Part shown: in pieces, positions 13,461 to 26,270 of the stretch
Layout: the number at the start of each line of letters is the position of its first letter
Position numbering within the stretch: position 1 is the stretch's first letter
From: Vicugna vicugna
Taxonomy: Eukaryota
Direction: 5' to 3'
NCBI GenBank assembly: GCA_013265495.1
Contig: MU058540.1
Span: 1,017,696 to 1,081,695, forward strand
Length of the DNA: 64,000 nucleotides
Notes under the pieces: model-generated
The model's input: the letters and a program-made list of their open reading frames with translations, nothing else
Told to the model about the DNA's origin: nothing
Database searches by the model: none
Translations under genes and position numbers: made by a program

Positions 13461-14989
13461 TACCAATGGGTTATACTAGCCAGAAGTGTATTTCTCTCTC
13501 ACATTTAAGAAGTCAAGAGGCAGGTAGTCGAGAGTTAGCATGGCAGACCACTGTGTCAGGAACCCTGTCTCTTTCTGTTTGGTTGCTCTGCAGTGTGTGG
13601 CTTTCATTCTCCAAGTTTTCCTCATGGTCTAAAATAGCTGCTTGTGCTCCAGCCATCATGTCCACAGTCTAGCCATTAGAAAGCAGAGAAAAAGAAAACA
13701 TCCCTTCCCTTTAAAAACCTTTTGCTTATTTTCCATTGACCACATCTAGCAAGAGCGGCAAGGAAACAGTCTATTTTGAGGGTCATCACATACTCTACTA
13801 AAAATATAGAAGTTCCTAGTCCTCAGGAAGAAGGAGAGATCAGGCATGTGGGACAACCAGAAGTCTTTGCAACACTCTCCACACTGCTGCCTAGTTAACA
13901 GGGTTTTATTATTACTTTTATTTGCTTTTCATTATAAAAATAATATAGCATAGAAAGCCAAGGCCCAGAGAGGAGTAACAGGGAGTGAGTGGCTGTGCCA
14001 GAAGTGACCCTGAGCCTCAGTCCCTCTCCAATCTGGCCTCAGTTTCCTCCACAGGTATTATTTTATAATTGGTGTGATGAAACACACAAACATACAACAA
14101 AAGAGCATTCGGTTTTGACCTAAGTTACAGAAGAAATGGAAAACAAATATATATAGTCATATCTTTAAAATAACAAAGAAGGGTCACCCCCATGTCCCAA
14201 GGACCAGGCTCTTTTCTGGTTCAATTCTTGGAGTCAAGAAAAATTATAACACCCTCTTTGCAACTCAGATTGTATGCCTCAAATCTACAACATACTGTAA
14301 ATATAAAACTTTCACTGTTAAGTGATTGTAATGGGAAACAAAGTTGGAATATGTTTGAATTGCTTAGATTTTTAAAGATGACATAATCTGAAAGAAATGA
14401 ACTTAAACTTAAGATTTAGACTTTAGGATATATGTAGATGTTAACGGTGTTGGGGATGAGCACACAGGACCTTCCCTTAGGGGTCACACACTTCTGTACC
14501 ATTTGAACCTTACAATAAGCAGGGATTGCACACGTAATTGGGAAAAAAAGATGTTTAAAATAAATACAATATAGCTTATTTATACTCTTCCCAAATAAAA
14601 TAATACATGCTCATTATAGACAATACAGAAACATATAAAAAGACAATTTTAATCACTCACAATTTTACCCTTCAGCAAGATCCCCATTGTTAACATTTTG
14701 GTACGATGCCTTCAATCGTCTTCCTACACTTGTACCTGTGAGATGGATGGATGGATAGATAGATAGAAAGAAAGAATAGACAGATTTTAAAAACAAACTT
14801 TGGATCATTCTGAATAGTTTTTTCCAAGATTTTACTATGAAAAGTTTCAAACAGTCAGCAAAGCTAAAAGAATTGTTCAGTGATCACTCATATCCACCAC
14901 CTAGATTTTTCCATTAACAATGTGCTATACTTGCATTATCACATGGTTACCCAACTGGATACAGTTGTTTTTTTCAAATTATCATACTG

Positions 14990-17080
14990 TAATAGAGACT
15001 TCTTTTGGTGTGCATTTCTATGAATTTTACATGTACAGACAACCACATGGTTAGGATTCAGAACATGCTATCATCCCCCCAAAATTCCCTCTTGCCACCT
15101 CCATATAGGCATTATTTCCCCCCACCCCAAAGCCCTGGAAACCACTTCTCTGTTCTCATCACCGTTGTTCTGTCTCTTCTAGACTGTCACATGAACCATG
15201 TATTGAACCATACAGTGTGTATCCTTTGAGACGGGCTTCTTTCTTCCACATTAATATGTGTAGCAAGTGTTTGTCCCTTTCTACTGCTGGGTAGTATTCC
15301 ATCAGTGAACCACAGTTCATGTGTCCATGCTCTCAGTCTGGGTTGCTTCCAGATTTGGGTGATTATGACTAGAACCGCTATCAGCATTCTTCCATAGGTG
15401 TTTGTGTGAATGACAGTTTTTATTTCTCTAGGGCAAACATCTAGGAGTGGGATTGCGGGGCCACCGATGTTTCAATTTGCACTGACCCCATAGCTAGTGA
15501 CACTGAGTCTCTTTGCATGTGCTTATTTACCATCTCTATGTCCCCGTGGGTGAAGTGTCTGTTCAAATGTTTTTGCCTGTTTAAAATTGGCCATTTTCCT
15601 ACTGTTGTTTTAAGAATTTTTAATAAATTCTGGTTACAAGTCTTTTGTCAAGTGTGTGACATGTAAATACTGTAATACAGCCTATAACTTGTCTTTTAGT
15701 TCTTGTAACAGTGTTTTTCACAGACACTTTTGATATACTGATGAAGTCCAATTTATCCATTTTTTTTTCATGGACCCCAGTTTTAATGTCATGTTTTAAG
15801 AACTCTTTGACTAACCCCAGGTCATGAAGATTTTCTCCTGTTTTCTCCTAGACATTTTATAGTTTTAGGTTCTATGTTTAGATCTATAATTCATTTTGAG
15901 TTGATTTTAGTATAATGTGGGAGATTTGGGACAAGTTTCACTCTTTTTGCATATAGCTGTCCAGTTATTCCAGCACCATTTGTTGAAAAGACTATCCTTT
16001 CTCCATGAAGAGCTTTGCACCTTTGTCAAAATCAATTGGTCATATTTATGTGGGTCTATTTCTGGGCTCTCTATTCTGTTTCATTGATCTGTGTCCATTC
16101 CTCTGACAGGACAACAGTCTTGATTAATGTTGCAAGCCCTGTTATTGTTTTTTAAGTCCTAAAATCAGATAATGTCATTCTTCCAATTTATTCTTTTTCA
16201 AAAATGTTTCAGCTATTCTAGTGTCTTTGCTTTTCCATATAAATTTTAGAATCAGCTTGTCTGTATCTCCAAAAATTCCTGCTGGGATTTGATCAGAATT
16301 GTTTTAAATCTATAGATCAGTTTTATGAACTGTGCCCCCCAAATGTGTTGAAATCCTAACCTGAGCCAAATACATCACTTCAAAATGTGACTTTATTTGG
16401 AAATAGGGACACTGTAGATATAATTAGTTAAGATAAGGTCATAGTGGAGTAGGATGGGTCCTTAATCCAGTACAACGAGCTCCCTATAAGAGAGGAGATA
16501 GACACACAGGGAGAACACGTATGACAACAGAGGCAGATGTTTAAGTGCTGTGGCTGCAAGCCAAGGAACACCAAGGATTGTGGGCAAATCACCAGAAGCT
16601 GGAAGAGGCAAGGAAGGACCCTCCCAGAGAGGATGCAGAGAGCATGGTCCTGCTGACACCTTAATTTCAGACCTCTAGACTTCAGAACTGTGAGACAGAA
16701 ATTTCCACTGTTTTAAGGCACCCAGCTTGTGGTACTTTGTTATGGAAGCCCCGAGGAAACTAATACAATCAGTTTGGGGAGAAATTACATCTTTACTATG
16801 TTGAGTCTTCCAGTCCATGAACATGGTATGTTTCACTGTGTCTTTAGAGCTCCGATTTCTTTCATCAACATTTTATAGCTTTCAGCTTAGACATCCTGTG
16901 AATGTTTTGTTAGGTGTATACCCAAGCTTTTTTTGTTTGTTTGTTTGTTTCTTTTTGGAGCCATTACAAATGCTATTGTCTTTTTAATTTGCTTCCAATG
17001 GTTCATTGCTAGCATACAGAAATGTGATTGATTTTTGTGAGTTAATCTGGTACCCTGCGGTCATGATGAACTCATTACTT
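14990..17080 (-). mobile_element. Old L1 (ORF2 3' part and 3'UTR), antisense, split by an MLT1 LTR
   Basis: ttccagcaccatttgttgaaaagactatcctttc and ttccatataaattttagaatcagcttgtc. Confidence 0.75.
16321..16767 (+). mobile_element. MaLR solo LTR (MLT1B/C-like)
   Basis: ccagaagctggaagaggcaagg; ends aaactaataca; 5-bp TSD atcag at 16316-16320 and 16768-16772. Confidence 0.8.
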
Positions 17081-19359
17081 TTAAGAGTTCTAGATGTCTT
17101 TAGCCTTTCTGATGCATTTACTCTCTTTGAAAAAATTTTATTAATTACTCTAAGGCATTTCATGATGCTTCACTCTAAATTTATTTTGGCAATTCCCTCC
17201 TGTTGGACATTTATATTGTTTCCTTTTATTATTACTACTACTATTATTAATGATAGAATAAATTTCAGATTCTGGGACATAAATCTCTGACCCCTTTTCC
17301 AATTAGGTCAGAGGAGCGATTCCTTGAAATGGGATTAGCAGGTCAAAGGGCCGAACCCTCCTCAAGTACTACTCATGGTTCAGCTGCTTTCTAGAAAGGT
17401 CAAACCAACTCTTTCCCATCAGCTACATATGAGAGCAATCAGTGCTCTGAAACGATGCCAGCATTAGGAATTATCACTTTAAACCTCTTTGCCATTTAAC
17501 AGGAGAAAAACAGTATCTCCCTTGCATTTTAAAGTAATCCTTCCTAAAATGGCAACCTGTTTCACCCCTGCTGAAAACCTTGCATGGCTCCCTATTACCT
17601 TCAGAATAAAGTCCATGCCCCTGGTTGAAAGGTAGCTTCCCCAAGATCAGCTCCCACTTACTCCCATGATTGTCAAATTCTGCTGCTTTCTTCTCCTACC
17701 CCAGACACGACAACATGGCTGATTATTTCTGAAACCCACGACAAAAGCTCTTTCCCCTCAAGGCTCTGCCCATGCTGTCTACTCAGCCTGAAATACAGGT
17801 GTGCTCCCCCTCCCCCAGGTACCCAAGGGGGCACCCAGAAGAGGTTTAGAGTGGCTGATCTGGAGCGAGACTGACTTGCGTTCCAGCCCAGCCCTGCTGT
17901 GTGGCCTTGGGAAAATTACTCAACCTCTCATGCCTTAGTTACAACTGTAAAATGGCAGTAAGGATAGCAGCTGCCTCATAGGGTTGTTGTAAGGATTAAG
18001 TGAGTTAATAAGAGTAGATCAGAACTGTGTCTGGCACTTGAGATGTTATCAATATATCTTAGCTACTATTATTGTTGTCATTCATAGCTGCCCCTCCCTA
18101 ACCCGGCCTGTCACCCATAGGAAGAAGCCCCGCTGTCACTATTCTTATTCCGTTGTGTTCCTTCCAGAATGCATGAGCCACATGTTTCTCATCCAAATGA
18201 AGCTAATAACCTAACATGTGTTTCACAAACTCACTGTGATGATTTAAAGAGCTAATAGGTATCTGAGTGCTTTTTAATGTTGTATATCATTTTGCTGAGG
18301 GTATCATCTCTGCCCACCCCCTACCCTTGAAAGGAAGGAGCAGGGTAATGATAAGAGCTGTGACTTCCTAGGTGCCAAGTGCTGTGCTGCCTCAGAGTGC
18401 TAGCCCTGCAGGGTAGCAGTCAGGGCCCTGGCAGAAAATGAGACCCAACCCAGGGACTCCAGGGGTCTTTAGTGAGGAGTGAAGGGAATCGATGAGGAGT
18501 GGTGTGGCCCTGGGACCAACAATGGCAGAAAGTCACTGTGATTCCCAAGGCTGAAAGGGCAAGGAGCAGATGCTACGTTCCTAGAGCTGTTATCAAGGAG
18601 GGACACAGCTGCAGCCAGACCAGGAGACAAGGCAGGCCCAGGGCAGAGGAAGGCGTATCCCAGCTTCTCTCAGATCTCCTGCAAGTGGGTACTGCCCAAC
18701 AGAAAGCCAGCTGGCGTGGAGGCCCAGGGATGCAGGCCAAGGGGCCAGCCTTCCAAGCACAGAGCAGATCAGAGCAGGGCTGGATGGAGAGGGTGAGGGC
18801 GGCAGAAGAAGGGAAAATAACAAGCACGGGGAGATCGAATTATGCTCCTCCACCACCTCCCATTTTGCAGATGAGAAGATTGAGGCCCAGAGACAAGAAG
18901 TAACTTGCCCGCTGTTCACAGAGCTTGGTGAGGCGGAGCTGGGAGAGAACCGCAAGGCTCCGGGGCGACGGTCCCTCCGCCCAGCCTGCCGGGACAGGCC
19001 GTCAGCCCCAAGGTGTTAGCAGGACTCAGGGCGGCAGCACCCACGCGCTTCTGTCTCCGTGCGCTCTCCTCCCTTCCTCTCCCTGTCACTTGTCGATCCT
19101 CTCACCTTGGCCTCCGTGAAGGCTTTTGGCTCTCCCTTTCTTGTCTCTGTGTCCTTCTCCACTTTATCTCTCTCTCTCCCATTTTCTCAGTCTCCTGGTC
19201 TCCCTCTTTCGGTCTCTCGGTCTTTCTCTCGGCCTTTCCTACAGCAGGCTCTGACTTTTCATCCAACCCCCGGAGCTCAGTTTCTCTGGAGCCTGTACCC
19301 CTGTGCCCCTCCGTCTCCCATCTCCTCCTCCACAGCCCCCCACCTCTGCCAAAGCCTCA

Positions 19360-19810
19360 GTCTCCCCGTCTCTCCGCAGGGGCAGCCGGTCCCCGCACGC
19401 CCCGCCCCCTGTCGCCGGCCCGTCCTCCGCCCCTGCGGCAGGCGCGGTGGCAGGGCCAGGGGGCGGGGAGAGCGGGGCTGGCGCGGCGCCCAGCCTGAGT
19501 CACACGCATGAGGCAGCGTGAGTCAGGCGCGGAGGGAAGTCCCTACGGAAGGGGCTTTCGGAGCCGCAATCGAATCGCAGGGAAAGAGAAAGTGTTCGGA
19601 AGGCTCCTTTGACACAGTGACCTTGTGTGAGCCAGAGCCGGACACACCCCACACCCTCCCCGCAGACAACGCACACCCCCAGCCCACCGAGGCCGTGGGC
19701 CCTCCCTGCGTGGCTCCCAGGTGCGTGGCCGGCGGCTCCGGAGGGTGGGCGCGCAGGGACTCCCCTGTCGGGGCGGGTCGGGGGCTAGCATCAAGGGTCC
19801 CAGCGGCTCT
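19360..19810. promoter_or_regulatory. Orphan CpG island, candidate HMGA1 upstream enhancer
   Basis: CpG-dense with GC boxes and two TGAGTCA sites (19496-19502, 19519-19525). Confidence 0.6.
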
Positions 19811-20258
19811 TACAGTCTGTTCCTTCCACAGAGCAGCCCCTCTCCCAGCTTCCAGCATCGCTCACCTGCAGCTAGACCCCAGACCCATGTGCCCACACGC
19901 ACTGGGGAGCAGGGTGTCAAGAAGGACCCTTTGGGGGTAAACCAGATCACCATGTCAAACCCTGTGGGGTAGTAGAGGAGATGGGCAACCTGGGGTCCTG
20001 TAGGGATGAAAGATCCCCTCCCTCAGGCTCCCCTCCTAACCCTCAGAGACTGACCTGGAATCAGATTGGCTCCATTGAACTAAACAAATATTTACTGAAC
20101 ACCTATAATAAAATACAGCGCCAGGCTCTGAAAACCTGAAATACAACAGTGGACAAGACAGTGAGCAAAATATGTCAACTCCTGCCATCCAAGAGCTGAC
20201 ATTCTGGGGGTGGGTGGGGAAACAATAAATAATAATTAATAAACAAATGATCTAGAAC

Positions 20259-20549
20259 TAGCACTGTCCAACAGAAACAAAATAGGAGGCACACATGCAG
20301 TGTTAAATATTACAATGGTAAAAAGAAACACATGAAATTAATTTTAATAATAGATTTCATTTAATTTAATACACCCAAATATTATCATACACAGAATATT
20401 AGTGAGTATTGCTACATTTTTCAAAATACTTAGCCTTGGAAAGCCAGTGAGGATTTTATAGTGCTTCCAGCACCTCTAAATTTGGACTCGCCACATTTCA
20501 AGTGCTGGATTGCCACCTGTGCCAAGTGGCAACGTGGTGGACAGCACAG
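20259..20549. mobile_element. MER33/MER3-like hAT-Charlie non-autonomous element
   Basis: TIR-like ends gcactgtcc...ggacagcacag; flanks tctagaac / tctagatg resemble the TCTAGA-type target duplication. Confidence 0.65.
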
Positions 20550-23074
20550 TCTAGATGTTAGATAAAGTGATGGAATAAAAAAAAGTAGAGCAGAGTAGGG
20601 ATTGAGGTGAGCTCAGTGGGGTGGGGCAGGATTCAGAAAATTGAGACTGCATACATTCTGATTCCTGGCTCTGCCACTGGCCTTGGCAAGTCTTCTGACC
20701 TCACAGATGAGCCTCAATTTCCTCACCTATGAAGTGGGGACACAATTCCTCCTGTGTGGATGGGAGTAGTAGATGTTATTTTTGTCCCCACCTCCTCCAG
20801 CTGTCTGTAGCAGTGGTGAGCACACAGCCTCCCAACCTGAGTCACATCCCCTCCACCTCTAATACTTAGTGGCCACCAAATACTGCCTAGCCCCCCACCC
20901 ACACCCCTAGACCCTCCATCTTTTATCCATTTCTACCCCTTGTAACAGCAAGATACTTTACCTCTTTGAATCTCTGTTTCACTGACTGCGTGATGGGTAC
21001 TTTGAGCTCTTGGGATAAAAGTATTGCTGACTTCTAGAGAGCCAAGCCAACACCTTAAACTGGACCAGGCCAATGCTGAGATGGATGGGGCACCAGGTGC
21101 TAAGCTTACCGTACTGAGAAGATGAATTCCTTCTTTAGAAACAAGGATTTCTGCCCATGAAAGCCATCCTGCCCCCAAAGCCCCTTCCCACCAAGCAAAA
21201 CTGCCTGAAAAAGGGATGCATAGGAACTGTGGACGGAGCCCAGAGAACAGGGGTAGAGGATAGAGAACAGGAGGGGTTCTGGATCACCTTTATACACCGC
21301 AGCCCACAAACCCAAAGGAAGTTTGAGAATCAACAATCAGTCCCTTGCTGGGGGACTTGCTGGGGGACACTGGGGCTCCAGATGCCCCAGCAAGGCTGGA
21401 AGTGGGAGAGGGGAGCAGGGCCCAGAAGCACCCAGACAAAGGAGGAAGCAGGCTTGGGATGCAGACCCACCCTCACTCCACTCCACTCCCAAGGCCTGGG
21501 AACTGGCAGGGCACCCTGGATGGTGACCCAGAAACCTGGCTGTCAGCAGCTCCTGCCTGGCACTGCCCACATCGAGTTCCAATGCTTCCGGCAGTAGTCC
21601 CTGGCAGCTGCCAGCAGGGCAAGACTTCGGGTTTTCTCTGCTTACAGGCTCACCCCTCTACCCCTAGAGACCCACTCCAGACTCTCCGAGGCTGCCCACA
21701 TCCCAGGAGCTATTATTTCCCCATCATCCAGATCTCAGAAATAAGGCAACGGTGGGGAGCCAGGAGCCAGGAGGAGGGTCCAAGTCTGGGTTTGCCATCA
21801 GACTGCCCCAGGGCCACTCAGGTATTCTAGTCCCAGAGGGCCACCAACCCCCTAGTGGCTGGAAAATTAATAAAGAAAGTAAGAAAACAAAGCCGGCCAC
21901 TCAATTCAGTAAGGACAAGGCCTTAGAGGACAGACGACCCCTAGGATTCATGGGGTTGGGGAGAGGCCTGGAGGCCGGGGGAGCAGGTTGTAACGAGGTT
22001 TAAGCCAGGTTGGTGGGAAGGGGAAACTCTTGGGCCCCTCCCCGCCGCCGCCATCTCCTTCTAGCCGGATTCTAGACCAGCAGGCTCGCCCAGCTCTGCC
22101 CGCCTCCCTCCTCCTCTGCTCTCCCGCCAGTGGCTGCCTCCCCTCCCCCACCCCGCTGCTCTCCCCTCAGCACCAAGGCCCCCTCAGGCCTGGTGCTAGG
22201 CTCCGGGTGTGGAGAGGAACCAAACAAAGCCCTGGAGGATTCTGGCGAATCCTGGGGCTGGTATTGGCTCCTCCTCACACCCCCAGCCCACCTCTGCCTC
22301 AGCCCAGGCCCCCTGCCCTTCGACCTCCACCCTACTTTCCTTTCCCAGTTGACTCTGGCCTGTGGGGCTGTGTGTCCTGCCCGGCATCCCATGTGCTTCT
22401 GGGATCTGGTAGGAAGCACCCACCCTCACCCCCTCATTCCCAGTCTGGAGACCCCAGGGCCACACTCTTGACCCTAAGAAAAGTTCCAGATGAGGGTTCA
22501 GAGTGGCCTGGAGGGGACAGAGCACTATGTGACCTAGGGCATATCTCCCCATTGGGAGCAGCGTCCTCTTCCAGAGGCAGAAGGAAACTGGCGGGACTCA
22601 GGCCACCCCAGAGTTAGGGTAGAAGGGAGCTTCCCCGCAACTAGTTACCGGGGAGGTCACTTTTAAAGGCCCCAGGGGTCACTCTTCCCCTTCCCCTTCC
22701 TGTACCACTTGGAAAGGAATAGAGACAAGAGAAACAGAAGTCAAAGACCATTTGAGGATCTCCTGATATGACCTGAGGCCCGTTGCCGTTCCCAAAGTGT
22801 GACAGGGGTGGGAGTGGGTGGCTAAAGCTATAGGACTTGAGTCCGCAAGTCCTACAGCTGGTAGATGAGCTGACATGGACATCCAGTCCCAGCAGGCACG
22901 TGGCAGAGGGGAGACCAACCCAGCCCAGGGCCTCAAGGGCTCCAGAATACACCCTAGCCCACAGAGAATGCGATCACAGGCCCGCAGAGAAGCGGCCACA
23001 GGCCCGCAGTTGCCGCCCTAACACTTCCTTCCACTGGCTGGCGCGGTCTGGGCTTTCACAGGCTGTACAACTTT

Positions 23075-23193
23075 TGTGGTTGTTATTGTTGGGGGGGAAT
23101 CAGGTTTACTTATTTTTAGAGGAGGTACTGGGGATTAAACCCAGGACCTCATGCATGCTAAGCATGTGCTCTACCGCTTGAGCTATCCCCTCC
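23075..23193 (-). mobile_element. tRNA-derived SINE (long form)
   Basis: Reverse-strand SINE body; TSD ctgtacaacttt 23063-23074 / ctgcacaacttt 23194-23205. Confidence 0.8.
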
Positions 23194-23789
23194 CTGCACA
23201 ACTTTACAGGGTGTGTATTTTCAGCCATTCCTGGGTGGGAGGAGGCAGCATGTTTGGGGGCATTTTACCCCCAGAGACTGTTGTACTGGACATGGTCAGT
23301 TTAGACCAAAGGGATTTTTGTTCCATGCAAAATGTAAATCTTACACTCTCCCCAAGCACACTCTGGTCAGCTGCCACCACTGTCCAGTCACCAACAAGCA
23401 ACCCAGCTAGTCTGCCCTAGCCAAAGGGCCAAGAAGGTTGTCAGGTGGCTGCCAGCTTCTGATGACTAAACCTGAGACCAAGGGGAAAGAAAAGAAAACA
23501 GCTTCCCATGATTGGTGGCAAACTATACAATCTAAAAGTAATGCTTGCTAGAAGTGAGTCCTAACCCAGGAGATCGCTTGATAATGATGGTGCAATGATG
23601 TTAACCTACTGAGACAAAAAACAGATGTCTCTGTAAGGTGCAGAAGCCCTGTCTCACTCAGTTTGGGCAACTTGATCACTCCCATGACAATCTGCTGGAT
23701 TCCTTGCCCTTTTCCCTGCCTTGAAGTTTGGGAACAGGTCTCTAAACTGCTGCCCTGTGGCTTGGCCTCTGCTGATAACTCTGGCTAAT

Positions 23790-24375
23790 CATTCTTCATT
23801 CAACACATTTTTTGAGCTTGAACACTGAGCCAGGCCCTGGGGAGACCCAGTGAACACAACAGATAAAATTCCCTGCCTTCATGGAGCTAGACTTGCTCTG
23901 GGGAGACCGGACAGAAAATGCAATACATATCACTTTCATTGAGAATAGTCCCGATTCAATAGAAAAGTGAATTATATAGCATGTTAGGAACTGGTAAGTG
24001 TTATGGGGGAAAAACATGGTAAGGTGGATGAGGGACTGCAGAGGAAGACATGCAATTTTAAATAGTGTGGACAGGTAACACTGAACAGGGGGAGACCTGA
24101 AGGCAGTTTGAAGGCAGGCCCTGAGGATGTCTAGCGAGAGAGCACATCAGGCATAGAGAATGACAAGTGCAAAGGTCCTGAGGTGACCCTAATGCCTGGC
24201 AGGTCTAGGGAACATCGAGGAGGCTTGTGTGGCAGAAGCAGAGCAACAAGTAGGAGGCAAGGGGGATGGGGGAGGGGGAAGATTGCAGGGCCTATGTGAA
24301 GACTTTGTTTTCACTCTGTTAGATGGGAGCCCCTGGAGGATTCTGAACAGTGGAGGGGCATGCTTATGTTTTAGG
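23790..24375. mobile_element. L2 fragment
   Basis: cattcttcattcaacacatttttgagc; ccctgccttcatggagct; gcaaaggtcctgagg. Confidence 0.6.
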
Positions 24376-25764
24376 TAGAAAGAGATTTAATATTTAATAC
24401 TGAAAATTAGGTGCTTACAAAACCATTGGAAGAACTGGAAGAGCTGGCTCTGGGCAGGACCTCCTGGAAAAACACGACTGAACTGCCTGCCTCTGGCCTG
24501 ATCAGTGGGATGGGGAATCAGGAGGCCCCACCTGAACGCCTGAGCTGTGATCCAGGGGCAAGAGGCCCCTCTACTACCATCCCTGCCTCTTGACCCTCAC
24601 AAAGCTGGTGACTGGATGCTAGATGTGCTGCAGAAGACTCCATATCTCCACAGCCCACACAGTAATATTTCCCTCCTCTTTATTCCTCCCTCCAAACTTT
24701 ACTCTTTCAAAGGGGGACATAATTCACATCCCAAATTGTAGCTTCAAAGAAGTGTGGGGAATGTTGCCCAATGCCAGCCCACAATGTCTATCACAGCCCT
24801 GGGCCCATCCTATGTCATACACCATGCTCCCCCAACCCCAGCACCAGCTTCCAAGGCCTTCTGGGGCGCTCCACCCACACCCTGGGCCCCCGCCCTGTGC
24901 TCCCCAGGCCCCCCTCCCAGCAGGTACACTGATGAAATTGCCAGGTACTTGTCTGTCTCCCCAACTCACTCAAAGTAAGCCCCTTGAGGACACAGAATGT
25001 AGCTACCTAGTTCAAGGCCACATCCCCTATTTCAGTGCCTGGAAGGATCAGTCTGGACTGGAAGACAGCAAGCCCACCCAGCATGGGGGAAAAAACCAGT
25101 ATGTAGGGGAGTGGGGAGTGGGAGAATCCCAAGCTATTTAACCTCCCTGAGCCTCAGTTTTAACACCTGTAGAATGGGGGCAATAACATTACTGACTGGG
25201 TAGGGGTATTGAGGAATCCGAGAGAAAATAAGCATTTAGTATTTGTTCATTGACTTCCCCTTTTCCTCAGGTTTTCTGGAGGCTGGGGGTAGTTGAGCTT
25301 CCCTGGGTTCCAGCCCTGAAGAAGGAGGCTGATGAAGTTCATGGTGTCCTGGGGGCAAGCAAGGTGGGCTGCTGGCTCAAGGCAGGGGGTGCCTGTCTCC
25401 TGGGCCCTCCTATTCACTGGAGAGTTTTTCCCTCGAAAGTTGGAAGCAGAAAAGGCCCTCCTCCCACTCGAGGCCTGCCAGGCTTCCTGGCAGCAGAGTT
25501 TGTGGTCAGCAGGGCCTGGAGGCCGGATCCTGCCAGATGACCAGATGTACCTCTAGCTGGGTAACTCTCCAGGAGAGTGGTCAACACTGTGCACTAGGGC
25601 GACCCTCTATCAGGCTTACCCAGGCCAATCCTGTTGATATGGTCCAGGTCAACCCCAGTTGGAATGGGCCAGGTCAGGTTTGTGACCCTAAATCTAGTCA
25701 TAACTACTACTACTACCTCCTTTTGCCCTTAAGTGCTCTGGTTGTCTGTAATAGCTGGGCACAC

Positions 25765-26270
25765 ATATCCTCTGACCCAGGAATTCCTCCCCTAGGCGTG
25801 TACCCAACAGAAATTTGCACATCTACTCACCAAGACATAACACTAGAACATTCACAATGGCACTATTTGTAATAGCCCCAAACCAGAAGTTCTCCAAATG
25901 TCCTTCAACAGAATGGGCATCTAAACTGTGGTACATTCACACCAGGTTTAACTATGCAGCAATGAGAATGAACATTCTGCCGCCATGAGCAATAACATGG
26001 ATGAATCTCAGACATGAAGTTGAGCAAAGGAAAGTAACTCAGAAGAGTACTTAACATATGATTTGATCCAAACAGTGCACCTGAAGGGTGAAACTAGGTG
26101 ATGCTATTAGAAGTTGGGAGAGTGGTGACATAAGGGGGGCTGGAGATGTTCTGTTTCTTGATCTGGGTGCTGGTGACACGAGGGTGCTCACTTTATGAAA
26201 ATGCATTGAGCTGAACAGAGGATTTGTGCATTTTCTGTATGTATAGTTTTCATCAGTAAAAGGTTTACTT
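25765..26270 (+). mobile_element. Old L1 3' region fragment
   Basis: gacccaggaattcctcccctagg; actatttgtaatagccccaaac; atgttctgtttcttgatctgggtg. Confidence 0.65.
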
